A stretch of 64,000 nt of DNA from Clostridia bacterium. GTDB lineage: Bacteria > Bacillota > Clostridia > Oscillospirales > CAG-272. Shown here in pieces: positions 47,806-58,519 of the stretch (within the stretch, counting starts at the first letter, position 1; each line of letters begins with the position of its first letter). Where the stretch lies: the NCBI GenBank assembly GCA_017456545.1, contig JAFTJE010000015.1, positions 64,562 to 128,561 of the forward strand, given 5' to 3'. Under the pieces are notes generated by a model, which saw nothing but the letters and a program-made list of their open reading frames with translations, searched no databases and was not told the origin of the DNA. The position numbers were made by a program, and so were the translations under genes.

Positions 47806-49020
47806 ATGGGCAATAAAATGAATATAAAATTTTCACCTCCGGACATTACTGAGCTTGAAATAGCTGAGGTTGCCGATGCGCTTCGTTCCGGATGGATTAC
47901 CACAGGACCAAGGACAAAAAAGCTTGAGCAGCAGATTGCAGAGTATGTCGGAAGCAAGAGGTGTGTTTGCCTTAATTCTCAGACAGCCTGTGCTGAGATG
48001 GCTCTCCGTGTTCTCGGCGTAGGCAAGGGCGACGAGGTAATTACCTCTGCATACACATATACAGCTTCTGCATCCGTTATTGACCATGTGGGTGCAACAA
48101 TTGTTATGGTAGATACTGCAAAGGATAGCTTTGAGATAGATTATGATGCTATTGAGGATGCTATTACAGAAAAGACTAAGGCAATTATCCCCGTTGATAT
48201 CGGTGGTGTCCCCTGTGACTATGACAGGCTCTTCAAGATTGTCGAGAGAAAAAAGAGCATTTTTAAGCCTGCAAATGAAATTCAGGAGGCTCTCGGCAGA
48301 GTAGCGATAATGGCAGATACGGCACACTCCTTCGGTGGCAGTGTCGGTGATAAAATGCTCGGCTCCGTTGCAGATTTTTCGTCCTTCTCATTCCACGCTG
48401 TAAAGAATTTTACAACTGCTGAGGGTGGTGCACTTACCTGGAGAACAATAGAAGGCATCAGTGACGATGATATTTACAAGAGACTCCAGCTCCTTTCACT
48501 TCACGGTCAGAATAAAGATGCCCTCGCAAAAACGCAGCTCGGTGCGTGGGAATATGATATCATCGGTACATGGTACAAGTGTAATATGACTGATGTTGCT
48601 GCAGCAATAGGACTTAAGCAGATGGAGAGATATCCCTCCATGCTTGCACGCCGTAAGGAGATTATCACAAGGTTTGACAACGCCTTCAGACCCCTCGGAG
48701 TAAAGACTCTGGAGCATTATACTGATAGATATCAGTCCTCCGGTCATTTGTACCTTACCCGTATCCCCGGCATTACTCCCGAAGAAAGAAATGAAATCAT
48801 AAACAAAATGGCAGAGGAGGGCATAGCATGTAATGTTCACTATAAGCCCCTCCCCATGCATACAGCATATAAAAAGCTTGGCTTTGATATAAAGGATTAT
48901 CCTAATGCATATGCCCAGTTTGCAAATGAAATTTCTCTCCCTCTCCATACCTGCTTAACAGATGAAGAGGTGGAGTACATCATCGACAAATACACAAAAA
49001 TTTTGAAAGAGTACATATGA
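47806..49020 (+). CDS. DegT/DnrJ/EryC1/StrS-family sugar aminotransferase (EpsN/PglE-like)
   Basis: 404 aa. PLP-Lys context SFHAVKN. N-terminal DALRSGWITTGP motif. Confidence 0.85.
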   Translation: MGNKMNIKFSPPDITELEIAEVADALRSGWITTGPRTKKLEQQIAEYVGSKRCVCLNSQTACAEMALRVLGVGKGDEVITSAYTYTASASVIDHVGATIVMVDTAKDSFEIDYDAIEDAITEKTKAIIPVDIGGVPCDYDRLFKIVERKKSIFKPANEIQEALGRVAIMADTAHSFGGSVGDKMLGSVADFSSFSFHAVKNFTTAEGGALTWRTIEGISDDDIYKRLQLLSLHGQNKDALAKTQLGAWEYDIIGTWYKCNMTDVAAAIGLKQMERYPSMLARRKEIITRFDNAFRPLGVKTLEHYTDRYQSSGHLYLTRIPGITPEERNEIINKMAEEGIACNVHYKPLPMHTAYKKLGFDIKDYPNAYAQFANEISLPLHTCLTDEEVEYIIDKYTKILKEYI

Positions 49021-49021
49021 T

Positions 49022-49768
49022 ATGAGACTTGTTAAATGGGAAAAGCTTCCTTGCGAGATGCAGACAGAGGAAGTAAAAAAATATTACGATATACTTAAGA
49101 AAAAGAAATTCGGTCTCTTTTTTAAGAGGATGTTTGATATTTTCGTTTCGTTTGTAATGCTTCTTATCCTTTCACCGATATTTCTGATTCTTGCAATCGC
49201 CATTAAAGTCGATTCCCGTGGCCCCGTGTTTTACAGACAGCTCAGGGTTACACAGTACGGAAAAAGATTCAGGATATTCAAATTCCGTACCATGGTGCAG
49301 AATGCCGACAAGGGTTCCCAGGTCACAGTAAATAATGACAGCCGTATTACAAGAGTAGGTAAGCTTATCCGTAAGTGCCGACTTGACGAAATAAGTCAGC
49401 TCATAGATGTCCTTCGTGGTACTATGACCTTTGTAGGTACCCGTCCCGAGGCTGTTAAATATGTGGAGCATTATACCCCCGAGATGATGGCTACACTCTT
49501 GCTCCCTGCGGGAATTACATCCGAGGCGAGTATACGCTACAAGGATGAGGATACACTACTTGATGGAGCAGAGGATACCGACAAGGTATATATTGAACAG
49601 GTTTTACCCGAGAAAATGAAAATAAACCTCTGGTCTATCAAAAAATTTAATTTCTGGTTTGATATAGGAACGATGTTCCGTACAGTCTTTGCCGTTCTCG
49701 GTAAGAACTATCCCAAGGATGTTGAAAAAAATGAAAAATCCGCTAAGGAGGGTGTTAAAAAGCCATGA
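49022..49768 (+). CDS. small monotopic phosphoglycosyl transferase (bacterial sugar transferase, PglC/EpsL-like priming enzyme)
   Basis: 248 aa. Re-entrant helix followed by GPVFYRQ, FKFRTM, DEISQL and FVGTRPE motifs. Confidence 0.85.
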   Translation: MRLVKWEKLPCEMQTEEVKKYYDILKKKKFGLFFKRMFDIFVSFVMLLILSPIFLILAIAIKVDSRGPVFYRQLRVTQYGKRFRIFKFRTMVQNADKGSQVTVNNDSRITRVGKLIRKCRLDEISQLIDVLRGTMTFVGTRPEAVKYVEHYTPEMMATLLLPAGITSEASIRYKDEDTLLDGAEDTDKVYIEQVLPEKMKINLWSIKKFNFWFDIGTMFRTVFAVLGKNYPKDVEKNEKSAKEGVKKP

Positions 49769-50586
49769 GCAATGAATTTTCCGTTTTAATGTCCCTTTAT
49801 ATTAAAGAAAGACCCCAAAATCTCAGAGAATGTCTTGACAGTATGCTTTCACAGACAGTGTTACCTAACGAAATAGTAATTGTTAAGGACGGACCCTTAA
49901 CCGATGAATTGGAGGCTGTGCTTAGCGAGTATATAGAGAAAAATCCTGATTTGTATACTCTTGTTCCCCTTGAAACGAACAGAGGTCTCGGCTTAGCACT
50001 TGCAGAGGGTATGCACCACTGTAAGTATGAGCTCGTTGCAAGAATGGATACCGATGATATAGCAAGAAATGACAGATTTGAAAAACAGCTTGCAGAGTTT
50101 GATAAGGACCCTGACCTTGATATCTGCGGTAGCCATATTGTAGAGTTCGAGGACAGTGTGGATGTTATTGTCGCACAGAGAAAGGTTCCTCTTACCGACA
50201 AGGAGATAAAGGATTATCAAAAGAGAAGAGACGGTTTGAACCATGTTACGGTAATGTTCAAAAAGTCCACAGTATTAAGAGCAGGAAATTATCAGTCCTG
50301 TTTGCTTATGGAGGATACTCTCCTTTGGGCAAATATGTTCAATGCGGGAGCAAAGGCAATGAATATTGATGACTCTCTTGTCTATGTACGCATAGGCAAG
50401 GATATGTTCGAACGCCGTGGAGGCTGGAGCTATTACAAGAAGTATAAGCAGGGCAGAAAACAGGTAAGGGAAACAGGCTACATAGGCTTCTGGGATTATC
50501 ATTCCACCCTTATGGTTCAGTTTGCCGTTGCTATGATGCCCAATAAGCTCCGTGGCTGGGTATTCAAAAAGCTGTTGCACAAATAA
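49765..50586 (+). CDS. family 2 glycosyltransferase
   Basis: 273 aa. GT-A fold with an MDTDD motif. Start overlaps the upstream stop (ATGA). Confidence 0.8.
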   Translation: MSNEFSVLMSLYIKERPQNLRECLDSMLSQTVLPNEIVIVKDGPLTDELEAVLSEYIEKNPDLYTLVPLETNRGLGLALAEGMHHCKYELVARMDTDDIARNDRFEKQLAEFDKDPDLDICGSHIVEFEDSVDVIVAQRKVPLTDKEIKDYQKRRDGLNHVTVMFKKSTVLRAGNYQSCLLMEDTLLWANMFNAGAKAMNIDDSLVYVRIGKDMFERRGGWSYYKKYKQGRKQVRETGYIGFWDYHSTLMVQFAVAMMPNKLRGWVFKKLLHK

Positions 50587-50609
50587 TTAAAAGAGAGGTT
50601 GTATTTGCA

Positions 50610-51425
50610 ATGAATGAATTACAGTCTAAACTGGTAGAAATGCTTTCGTGGTACCATAATTTCTGTGTTGAGCACGGACTTAGATATTATGCAGCAGGTG
50701 GAACGGCGTTGGGTGCTGTAAGACATAAGGGCTTTATTCCGTGGGATGATGATATAGATGTTGTTATGCCCAGACCCGATTACGAAAAATTTAAGGAGCT
50801 TTCAGCCTCTTTTGATGCGGATTTCAGATACCGTGCGGAATTTCCTAATCAAAATAAGGATTTTGTGTATCAGTACGGAAAGCTGTATGATACAACCACT
50901 ACACTGATAGAGAGCACCAGATTCAAGACCAAGCGTGGAATTTTTATAGATATATTCCCCATTGACGGAGCAGGAAATACCAGAGAAGAGGCATTGGAGC
51001 ATCTTAAGGATGTATTCAAAAAAATCAACCTGCTTTCTGCATATAACTGTGCAATCAGAAAGGGAAGAAAATTTTATAAGAATGCAGCAGTTGTAGCTAT
51101 GAGATGCGTTCCGAGGTTTATTTTGAATCCTAAAAAGATTTCGGAAAAGGCTGAGGATATGTGTAGAAGCGTTAGCTATGACGACAGTAAATTCGTTGCA
51201 AATCTGGTAGGTCTTGGAACACATAAGGAAATAATGGAGAGAGAATGGATGGGAACTCCTACCATTGCTCCCTTTGAAAATGTGCAGATATACTGTCCGG
51301 AATTTTGTGATAAGTATCTCACACAGCTGTTTGGCGATTATATGAAGCTACCCCCCGAGGAAAAAAGAGTATCTCATCATGAATTTTTAAGCTACGATTT
51401 GGATAAATCTTATTTATCCGAGTAA
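50610..51425 (+). CDS. LicD-family phosphotransferase (copy 1)
   Basis: 271 aa. YYAAGGTALGAVRHKGFIPWDDDIDVVMPR and YMKLPPEEKR motifs. Confidence 0.8.
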   Translation: MNELQSKLVEMLSWYHNFCVEHGLRYYAAGGTALGAVRHKGFIPWDDDIDVVMPRPDYEKFKELSASFDADFRYRAEFPNQNKDFVYQYGKLYDTTTTLIESTRFKTKRGIFIDIFPIDGAGNTREEALEHLKDVFKKINLLSAYNCAIRKGRKFYKNAAVVAMRCVPRFILNPKKISEKAEDMCRSVSYDDSKFVANLVGLGTHKEIMEREWMGTPTIAPFENVQIYCPEFCDKYLTQLFGDYMKLPPEEKRVSHHEFLSYDLDKSYLSE

Positions 51426-51450
51426 TAAGTCGTTATTTGGAGGAAACAAT

Positions 51451-52503
51451 ATGATATATGCATCTGAATATCCAAAAGAGCTTTGCCTGTATGTCAGAGA
51501 AAACAAAGAATTGTTTGAAAGCTTAAAAGGACAGAAAATCGCAATTACCGGAGCAGCAGGGCTTATCGGCTCTTACATTATAGACCTTATAATTGTGGCA
51601 AACGAAGAGCTTGGCACAGGTATTGAGGTATTGGCAATTGACAGAAACAGAGAGCTTTTGAATAGCCGCTTCCCCGAGAAATACACATGTGTAAGACATT
51701 ATGCTATAGATGTAAACGAAGCAGAGCTTCCTAAGGAAAGGGTTGATTATGTTATTCATGCAGCGAGTAACACATCTCCCATTGATTACGCAACAAAGCC
51801 TATTGATACTATGAAGACAAATTTCATCGGTACTGACAGAATGATAAATTTCTGTATGGAAAACGGTGCAAAAAGATTTGTTTTCTGTTCATCTGTCGAG
51901 GCATACGGAGTAAATAACGGTGATGTTGACGAGTTCTGCGAGGATTACAGCGGATATGTAAACTGTAATACCGTGCGTGCGGGATACCCCTCGGCAAAAA
52001 GAGCATCAGAGGCACTTTGTAATGCTTATTGCTCACAGCTGGGCTTGGATTTTGTTACGGCGAGAATAGGCAGAATATACGGTCCTACTGTAATAGAAGG
52101 AGACACGAAGGCTCCAACTCAGTTTATAAATAACGCCGTAAACGGTGAGGATATTGTAATGAAGAGCAACGGTATGCAAGAGTTTTCCTACGGATATGTG
52201 GGAGACTGTGCTACTGCTATGCTTCTTATTATGAAAAAGGGAGTGTGTGGAGAGGCATATAATATTGCTGATCCGAATTCAAGAGTTTTGCTCCGTGACT
52301 TTGCAGAGAGCTCTGCATCAGCAGGTAATGCAAAGGTTGTATTCTGTGCACCTACAGAAACAGAAGCAAAGGGATATTCAAAGGTAACCAAGGCAGTTAT
52401 GAACACTGATAAGCTTGTTTCCCTTGGCTGGAGTGCTAAGTACAATGTAAAGGCCGGTGTTGAAAGAACCGTAAAATACCTTAAAGAAATTAAAGGAGTA
52501 TGA
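51451..52503 (+). CDS. NAD-dependent epimerase/dehydratase-family SDR
   Basis: 350 aa. ITGAAGLIGS Rossmann motif and catalytic YPSAK. Confidence 0.8.
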   Translation: MIYASEYPKELCLYVRENKELFESLKGQKIAITGAAGLIGSYIIDLIIVANEELGTGIEVLAIDRNRELLNSRFPEKYTCVRHYAIDVNEAELPKERVDYVIHAASNTSPIDYATKPIDTMKTNFIGTDRMINFCMENGAKRFVFCSSVEAYGVNNGDVDEFCEDYSGYVNCNTVRAGYPSAKRASEALCNAYCSQLGLDFVTARIGRIYGPTVIEGDTKAPTQFINNAVNGEDIVMKSNGMQEFSYGYVGDCATAMLLIMKKGVCGEAYNIADPNSRVLLRDFAESSASAGNAKVVFCAPTETEAKGYSKVTKAVMNTDKLVSLGWSAKYNVKAGVERTVKYLKEIKGV

Positions 52504-52505
52504 AT

Positions 52506-53540
52506 ATGAAAAAGCTCAGAGCACTTGTTACAGCCGAGGTTGTAAGTTCCATTTTAGAGGAGAAGCTCGGTGATAGAATAGACTTTATATATGACGGATA
52601 TTATCTTGACCACGATGTTATGAATCACCAGGAGCTTATCGAAAAGGTTAAGGATATAGACATTTTAATATGCGAATACGACACAATAGATGCACAGGTG
52701 TTTGATGCAGCAAGCAATCTTAAGATAATTATTTGCTGCAGAGGAGGAGTAAAGACTGTAATAGATCTTGAAAAGGCTATGGAAAACGGAATTATAGTCT
52801 GCAATAACGGTGGCAGAAATGCAGGTGCGGTTACTGATATGGCTATGGGATACATTCTCGACCTTACAAGAAACATAACTCTTTCCAATAATCTCATACA
52901 TTCCAAGACTATAACTGCTGATTTAAGCTCCAAGCCTGAGGAATACAGAGACACCGTATGGGGACTTGACAAGAACAGTCCTTTCATTAAATACAGGGGA
53001 AGAAGTATAAATCATATGAATTTGGGTATTGTAGGATTTGGATTTGCCGGTAGGCTTATGGCATCAAAGGCAAGTGCCTTCGGTATGCATATTCTTGCTT
53101 ATGACCCATATTCATCCTTTGAAAACACTCCGGATTATGTGGAGCCCTGTGATTGGGACAGGCTCCTTTCCGAGTCTGATATTATAAGTGTACATTGTAC
53201 CTTGTCACCCCAGACGAAAAATATGTTCTCAAAGAAGGTATTTGACAGGATGAAGGATGATGCATACTTCATAAATACTGCAAGAGGAGAGCTTGTTGTT
53301 GAAGAGGATCTTATCGATGCTCTTAACTCCGGTAAGCTTGCAGGTGCTGCAATAGATGTAACACGCAAGGAGCCCATATCATCGGACAGCCCACTTGTGG
53401 GAACAAAAAATCTTTTGATTACCCCACATATAGCCGGCTCCGCAGATGATGTACAAATTTGCGGAACTAATATGGTAGTTGAAAGTCTTTCCGACTACAT
53501 AAACGGCAAAAAACCCAGAAATGCCGTTGTTTATAGATAG
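52506..53540 (+). CDS. D-isomer-specific 2-hydroxyacid dehydrogenase family protein
   Basis: GIVGFGFAGR NAD motif, INTARGE, and a TPHIAGS catalytic-His context. Start set at ATG 52506, 7 nt after GGAG. ATG 52500 is too close to the RBS. Confidence 0.78.
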   Translation: MKKLRALVTAEVVSSILEEKLGDRIDFIYDGYYLDHDVMNHQELIEKVKDIDILICEYDTIDAQVFDAASNLKIIICCRGGVKTVIDLEKAMENGIIVCNNGGRNAGAVTDMAMGYILDLTRNITLSNNLIHSKTITADLSSKPEEYRDTVWGLDKNSPFIKYRGRSINHMNLGIVGFGFAGRLMASKASAFGMHILAYDPYSSFENTPDYVEPCDWDRLLSESDIISVHCTLSPQTKNMFSKKVFDRMKDDAYFINTARGELVVEEDLIDALNSGKLAGAAIDVTRKEPISSDSPLVGTKNLLITPHIAGSADDVQICGTNMVVESLSDYINGKKPRNAVVYR

Positions 53541-53551
53541 GAGATATAAAA

Positions 53552-54211
53552 ATGGGTAAAGCTATTGGAATTATTTTAGCAGGTGGAATCGGTTCGAGAT
53601 TTAAGGGCAGTAAGCCTAAGCAGTACTACCTTATAAACGGTAAGGAAATGATATGGTATTCTATTGACGCCTTCCAAAAGGCAAAAAAGATTGACGATTT
53701 TATTGTTGTAGTTGATGAGGAAGAATACAAGGCAGGCAGAATCAGAGATCAATACGGTGTGAAAACCGTTGTCGGTGGAAAAACCAGAAATCACTCCTTC
53801 AAAAATGCTCTTGATTATATTAATGAGCACTATCCTGATTGTGAGAAAATAATCGAAAATAATGCAGCTTGTCCTCTTACAACATCAGATATCATAGATA
53901 AATATATGGATATTCTTGATGAATATGATTTTGTCCAGACAACATTTAAGATTACCGATGCCTTGGGCTCATATAAGTCAAGAACTGTAGACAGGGAGGA
54001 TTATTTCCTTATACAGGCTCCGGATGCCTATAGATTTAAGGTCCTATATGAGAGCTTTGATGCAGATCATCCTAACGGTCATCCTGTTGTTCAGCTGCCT
54101 GAGGATACAAAGGGCTTTAATTTCTTTGATTACGGTCCTAACTTTAAGGTAACATACCCCGAGGATATAAAGATTATAGAAATGCTCATTAACAGAAGAG
54201 AAGAGCAGTAA
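53552..54211 (+). CDS. IspD/TarI-family cytidylyltransferase
   Basis: 219 aa. N-terminal GIILAGGIGSRF signature. Confidence 0.8.
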   Translation: MGKAIGIILAGGIGSRFKGSKPKQYYLINGKEMIWYSIDAFQKAKKIDDFIVVVDEEEYKAGRIRDQYGVKTVVGGKTRNHSFKNALDYINEHYPDCEKIIENNAACPLTTSDIIDKYMDILDEYDFVQTTFKITDALGSYKSRTVDREDYFLIQAPDAYRFKVLYESFDADHPNGHPVVQLPEDTKGFNFFDYGPNFKVTYPEDIKIIEMLINRREEQ

Positions 54212-54250
54212 ACCGATTTTAAGAATTGAGCTGCTTTTTCAGGAGGCTTT

Positions 54251-55321
54251 ATGATAATTTTACACATTGCGACAATTAAAAATAATCCGTTAAACGGAGT
54301 ATGTGTCGCTGTTCCTAAGCATGTTATATCACAGCAGGAAACAGAAACAGTTGCTCTAGTTAATACAATAAATGAAAGAATAGAGGGAGTAAATAATCAG
54401 CTTGATTATTCCGACAGCTTTTCTGTCGGCAGTCTTCCCACCCCCTTTAATAAGCCCGATATAGTTGTATTTCATGAGGCATACAGACCTGTATATCTTA
54501 AAATTTCCAAGGAGCTGAGAAAAAGTAAAATTCCTTATGTAATTATTCCTCACGGAGAGCTTACCAAGGAAGCACAAAAGAAAAAATGGCTCAAGAAAAA
54601 AGCAGCTAATATTCTGCTTTTTAACAAATTTATAAACGGTGCAAGGGCTATACAGTGTCTGTCGGAGAGGGAGCTTTCAAATGTTAAATTCGGGAAGCAG
54701 AAATTCGTAGGTACAAACGGGATAGATAGGCCTGATGAAGTAAAAAACAGCTTTTGCGAAAACGGTATGGAAATTATATATATTGGCAGATTAGAGGCTC
54801 ATATAAAGGGTCTTGACCTTCTTACACAGGCTGTAAGGATGTCTGCCGATAAAATGAGGGCTCACAATGTAAGGCTTACAATGTATGGCCCCGACTTGAA
54901 CGGTAGATTTCAGCATGTTCAGGAGCTTATAAAGGAAAACGGAATTTCCGATATTGCTACACTTAATATGCCCATATTTAACGAGGAAAAGAAAAGAGCC
55001 CTTCTTAATGCCGATGTGTTCATCCAGACCTCAAGAACGGAGGGAATGCCTATGGGCATTTTGGAGGCACTCAGCTATGGCTTACCTTGTATAGTTACAA
55101 AGGGAACAACCCTTGCTGAAATGGTTAACGGCAGTGGCTCCGGCTGGGGATGTGAGACCTCGGCAGAGGCTATAAGTAAAGCCATAAACGACGCTATAGA
55201 TAATAAGGCTTCCTTAATGGAAAAATCCATCTCGGCAGTAAAATTCATAAGAGAAAACTTTTTATGGGAAAATGTTGCAAAGCAAATAATTGATAAATAT
55301 GAGAAAATTATTGCAAAGTAA
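54251..55321 (+). CDS. GT-B (family 4-like) glycosyltransferase
   Basis: 356 aa. EX7E region [19 protein letters not shown]. Confidence 0.8.
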   Translation: MIILHIATIKNNPLNGVCVAVPKHVISQQETETVALVNTINERIEGVNNQLDYSDSFSVGSLPTPFNKPDIVVFHEAYRPVYLKISKELRKSKIPYVIIPHGELTKEAQKKKWLKKKAANILLFNKFINGARAIQCLSERELSNVKFGKQKFVGTNGIDRPDEVKNSFCENGMEIIYIGRLEAHIKGLDLLTQAVRMSADKMRAHNVRLTMYGPDLNGRFQHVQELIKENGISDIATLNMPIFNEEKKRALLNADVFIQTSRTEGMPMGILEALSYGLPCIVTKGTTLAEMVNGSGSGWGCETSAEAISKAINDAIDNKASLMEKSISAVKFIRENFLWENVAKQIIDKYEKIIAK

Positions 55322-55384
55322 AGTAGAAAATGTTAATGAAAAAACAAATTTTGAATTATTGGAAAAGGAGATTAGCGTAGTTTT

Positions 55385-56551
55385 ATGAAAATAAATACAA
55401 AAAGAGTATCAGCGTTTATGATACTCATGCTTCATCTTCTTTCTGTGTTTATTATCTTCTTTTATTCACACAATAAAGTAGATCAGATGTCTTTGATAGT
55501 TGAATTTTTGATTCTTGTCGTGCTGATTATTTTGAATAGAAGAACATTTAAGGATAATATGTTAATTCTGGCACTGTCGGTAAATGCGACCTCCTTGATT
55601 ATAACAGCATTTACCCATTCAGGCTATGGCTTTATGATTTTGTTTGCGAACCTTATATTGCTCTTTTGCTTGCTTAACAATATAAGCGTGACAAAAAGAG
55701 AATTTTCATATATACATTTATTTACAGCCCTGTTTTTAAGTGCATATATAGCTACTGCTGAAATAGTGCCCAGCCATGGATTGGTTTATGTTACGGGAGC
55801 ATTGGGATATTCCATAAATTCAAATATGTTTGCATTATTTACGCTTGCGTGTATGATGCATTGGTATGCATTTTTTGAAATGTCGAGTATGAATAAAATA
55901 TTCAAGCCCCTTTGTGCTTTTGTTGTTACTGTAGTTGGATTATATCTTATACTTCTGTCCGGTTGCAGATCTGTATTGATCTCTCTTGTTATTTTTACAA
56001 TTTTATTTTTCTCTGTTAAAAAGACTATAAATCTAAAGCCCTATAGAAAAGCAGTAAGCCTAATTATGTTCGGAAGTCTTATATTTGCCGTATTGTATAT
56101 GGTGATTTATTGGAATTTCGACAATATAATAATATTTGGTAAATCTCTGTTTTCGGGAAGGCAGATAGTTTGGGATTCGGCATTCTCACATATAAGAGAA
56201 TTTCCTATATTCGGAAGTGGAACGGATATCCCTTTGAATACAGTAAACAGTGGATTTACAGAATCTGCACACCATACCCTAATAGGTGTTTGGAAGTGTG
56301 CGGGAATTATTCCTGTTGTTTCAATTATATTTCTTATCGGAAAGAAGAAAGATTTGGGCTCGGGTGTAATAACAAGCAGAGTAGCACAATTGGCTTTTAT
56401 AAGCTGTCTGGTGCTTGCGTATTTTGAATCGTTCCTCACAGAGCATTATTTGTATATATTATTCTCATCATTCGCACTATCGGCTGTTGAGAAGGATAAA
56501 GGAGGTGCACATGAATACGAGGGTAATTCATTACTGTTGGTTTGGAGGTAA
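55385..56551 (+). CDS. O-antigen polymerase/ligase-family membrane protein (Wzy-like)
   Basis: 388 aa with about 10 predicted TM helices and a large periplasmic-type loop. Locus context supports the call. The start is uncertain because the RBS is 14 nt upstream. Confidence 0.65.
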   Translation: MKINTKRVSAFMILMLHLLSVFIIFFYSHNKVDQMSLIVEFLILVVLIILNRRTFKDNMLILALSVNATSLIITAFTHSGYGFMILFANLILLFCLLNNISVTKREFSYIHLFTALFLSAYIATAEIVPSHGLVYVTGALGYSINSNMFALFTLACMMHWYAFFEMSSMNKIFKPLCAFVVTVVGLYLILLSGCRSVLISLVIFTILFFSVKKTINLKPYRKAVSLIMFGSLIFAVLYMVIYWNFDNIIIFGKSLFSGRQIVWDSAFSHIREFPIFGSGTDIPLNTVNSGFTESAHHTLIGVWKCAGIIPVVSIIFLIGKKKDLGSGVITSRVAQLAFISCLVLAYFESFLTEHYLYILFSSFALSAVEKDKGGAHEYEGNSLLLVWR

Positions 56552-57221
56552 AAAGCTCCCCAAAAAGTTCAAAAAATATATAGCCAGCTGGAAAAAATAC
56601 TGCCCCAATTACAAAATCATAGAATGGAATGAATCTAATTTTGATATGAATTGCTGCGAATATGTAAAACAGGCAGTAGAAGCGAAAAAATGGGCTTTTG
56701 TGTCAGACTATTGCAGATTTCATATTCTGAATGAGCAGGGCGGAGTATATCTTGATACAGATGTGGAGCTTATAAAGGGTCTTGACGATCTTCCTGACAG
56801 CTTTGTTGGCTTTGAGTCTAAGGAAACTGTGGCAAGTGGACTTATTCGAGGTGCTTGTAAGGGCGATGAAATATGTCGCCTTATGCTGGAATCCTATCAC
56901 AATGACAAGTTTATAAAGGATGACGGACAGCTCAATCTTACGACAGTATGTGTAAGAGAAACAGAAATTCTAAAAAAATTCGGACTTGTGCCGGATGGTA
57001 GCTTACAAACCGTATGTGATACAACAGTATATCCGACAGAGTATTTTTGCCCCATAGATGTCAGCACAAACGAGCTTCATATAACTGATAAAACATATTC
57101 AATACACCATTATGCAGGCTCTTGGCTGTCAAAAAAGGATAAATTTAAGATGCTTGTAAGAAAGGCTATCGGAAACAAGCTTTATATGAAGCTTTATAAT
57201 ATTAAGCACAAGAAGAAATAA
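56511..57221 (+). CDS. GT32-like glycosyltransferase (DXD-containing, capsular polysaccharide synthesis type)
   Basis: Start at ATG 56511 after a GGAGG RBS. IHYCWFGG and YLDTDVE (DXD) motifs. Overlaps the Wzy-like gene by 41 nt. Confidence 0.75.
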   Translation: MNTRVIHYCWFGGKKLPKKFKKYIASWKKYCPNYKIIEWNESNFDMNCCEYVKQAVEAKKWAFVSDYCRFHILNEQGGVYLDTDVELIKGLDDLPDSFVGFESKETVASGLIRGACKGDEICRLMLESYHNDKFIKDDGQLNLTTVCVRETEILKKFGLVPDGSLQTVCDTTVYPTEYFCPIDVSTNELHITDKTYSIHHYAGSWLSKKDKFKMLVRKAIGNKLYMKLYNIKHKKK

Positions 57222-57242
57222 GATTTTTTCAGGAGAGTAATA

Positions 57243-58499
57243 ATGCAAAAATCAAAGGTTATGGGCAATACAATAATGCTATATATAATGAGTATTGCCA
57301 AATTGATATTCCCACTTTTGACATTACCCTATCTTACAAGGGTTCTGTCTGAGGATACATATGGCTTTGTTTCTTATGTAAAAAGTTGTATGACATATAT
57401 GCAGCTCATAATAGATTTTGGCTTTATTCTGTCTTCGGTAAAGGATATAGTAAAGGCAAACGGTGATAACGAGAAAATAGGAAAAATAGCAGGTAATACC
57501 TTCCTCGCTAAAACTATGTTGAGCATTGTATCTGCTGTAGCTATGATTATTATGTATCTGTTCATAGATATATTGCAGATAAGCTTTCTATTTGTAATAT
57601 TAAGCTTTGGAGCAGTTGCTCTCACCTCCTATCTTGCCGACTTTTTATTCCGTGGAATAGAGAAGATGCACTATATTACCATAGTATATCTTATCTCTAA
57701 GGGAGTTGCTGTTGTGCTTACCTTTGTTTTTGTAAAGGGTGATAGCACAATTATTTGGATTCCTGTGCTTGACATACTTATGAATGTTATAGCCATTGTA
57801 ATTTCAATAGGTATAATCAAAAAATTGGGAATTAAAATCAGGCTGACAGCCCTGAAGGACTGCTTTATTATGATAAAGGATTCCTTTACTTATTTCCTTT
57901 CAAGCGTTGCAACTACCGTGTTTTCAGCACTTAACACCCTACTTATCGGTATTTATATAAGCGACCTTGCACAGGTTGCTCATTGGAGCCTGTGCCTGAC
58001 AATGATAAGTGCAATCCAGGGTCTTTATGCTCCTATTTGCAACAGCGTATATCCCCATATGATACAGGAGAGAAGGCTCTCCTTCATACACAAAATATTA
58101 AAGATATTTATGCCCTTGGTGGTTGTCGGCTGTGGACTGTGCATAGTATTGGCAGATATAGCAATGCTGGTGGTAGGAGGAGAAAAGTATGTAGAGGCTT
58201 CTGATTTGTTCAGATTACTCGTACCGATTCTTCTGTTCAGCTTCCCGGCTCAGCTATACGGATGGCCAACCTTGGGAGCTATAGGAAAGACCAAGGAGAC
58301 AACTGCCTCCACCGTACTATCTGCATCATTCCAGCTTATTGGATTAATTGTACTTATAGTATTTAATTGCTTCACATTGATTTCTCTAGCTATATTAAGA
58401 TCTCTTACAGAGCTTGTTCTAATGGGTACAAGAATGTTTATAACCTATAGAAACAAACGGATGTTTTCGGATTTCAGATGTGCAGAGGCACATAATTAA
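57243..58499 (+). CDS. Wzx-type oligosaccharide flippase (MOP superfamily)
   Basis: 418 aa, polytopic. The N-terminus is typical of polysaccharide biosynthesis protein families. Confidence 0.75.
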   Translation: MQKSKVMGNTIMLYIMSIAKLIFPLLTLPYLTRVLSEDTYGFVSYVKSCMTYMQLIIDFGFILSSVKDIVKANGDNEKIGKIAGNTFLAKTMLSIVSAVAMIIMYLFIDILQISFLFVILSFGAVALTSYLADFLFRGIEKMHYITIVYLISKGVAVVLTFVFVKGDSTIIWIPVLDILMNVIAIVISIGIIKKLGIKIRLTALKDCFIMIKDSFTYFLSSVATTVFSALNTLLIGIYISDLAQVAHWSLCLTMISAIQGLYAPICNSVYPHMIQERRLSFIHKILKIFMPLVVVGCGLCIVLADIAMLVVGGEKYVEASDLFRLLVPILLFSFPAQLYGWPTLGAIGKTKETTASTVLSASFQLIGLIVLIVFNCFTLISLAILRSLTELVLMGTRMFITYRNKRMFSDFRCAEAHN

Positions 58500-58519
58500 A
58501 TAAGAGGAAGGATTATATT

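Noticed and set aside
56511-56551. A 41-nt overlap between the Wzy-like gene and the GT32-like gene, considered as a possible frameshift or fusion.
   Set aside because: The downstream gene has its own strong GGAGG RBS and ATG inside the overlap, and the two reading frames differ. An ordinary overlapping-gene arrangement is the simplest reading.
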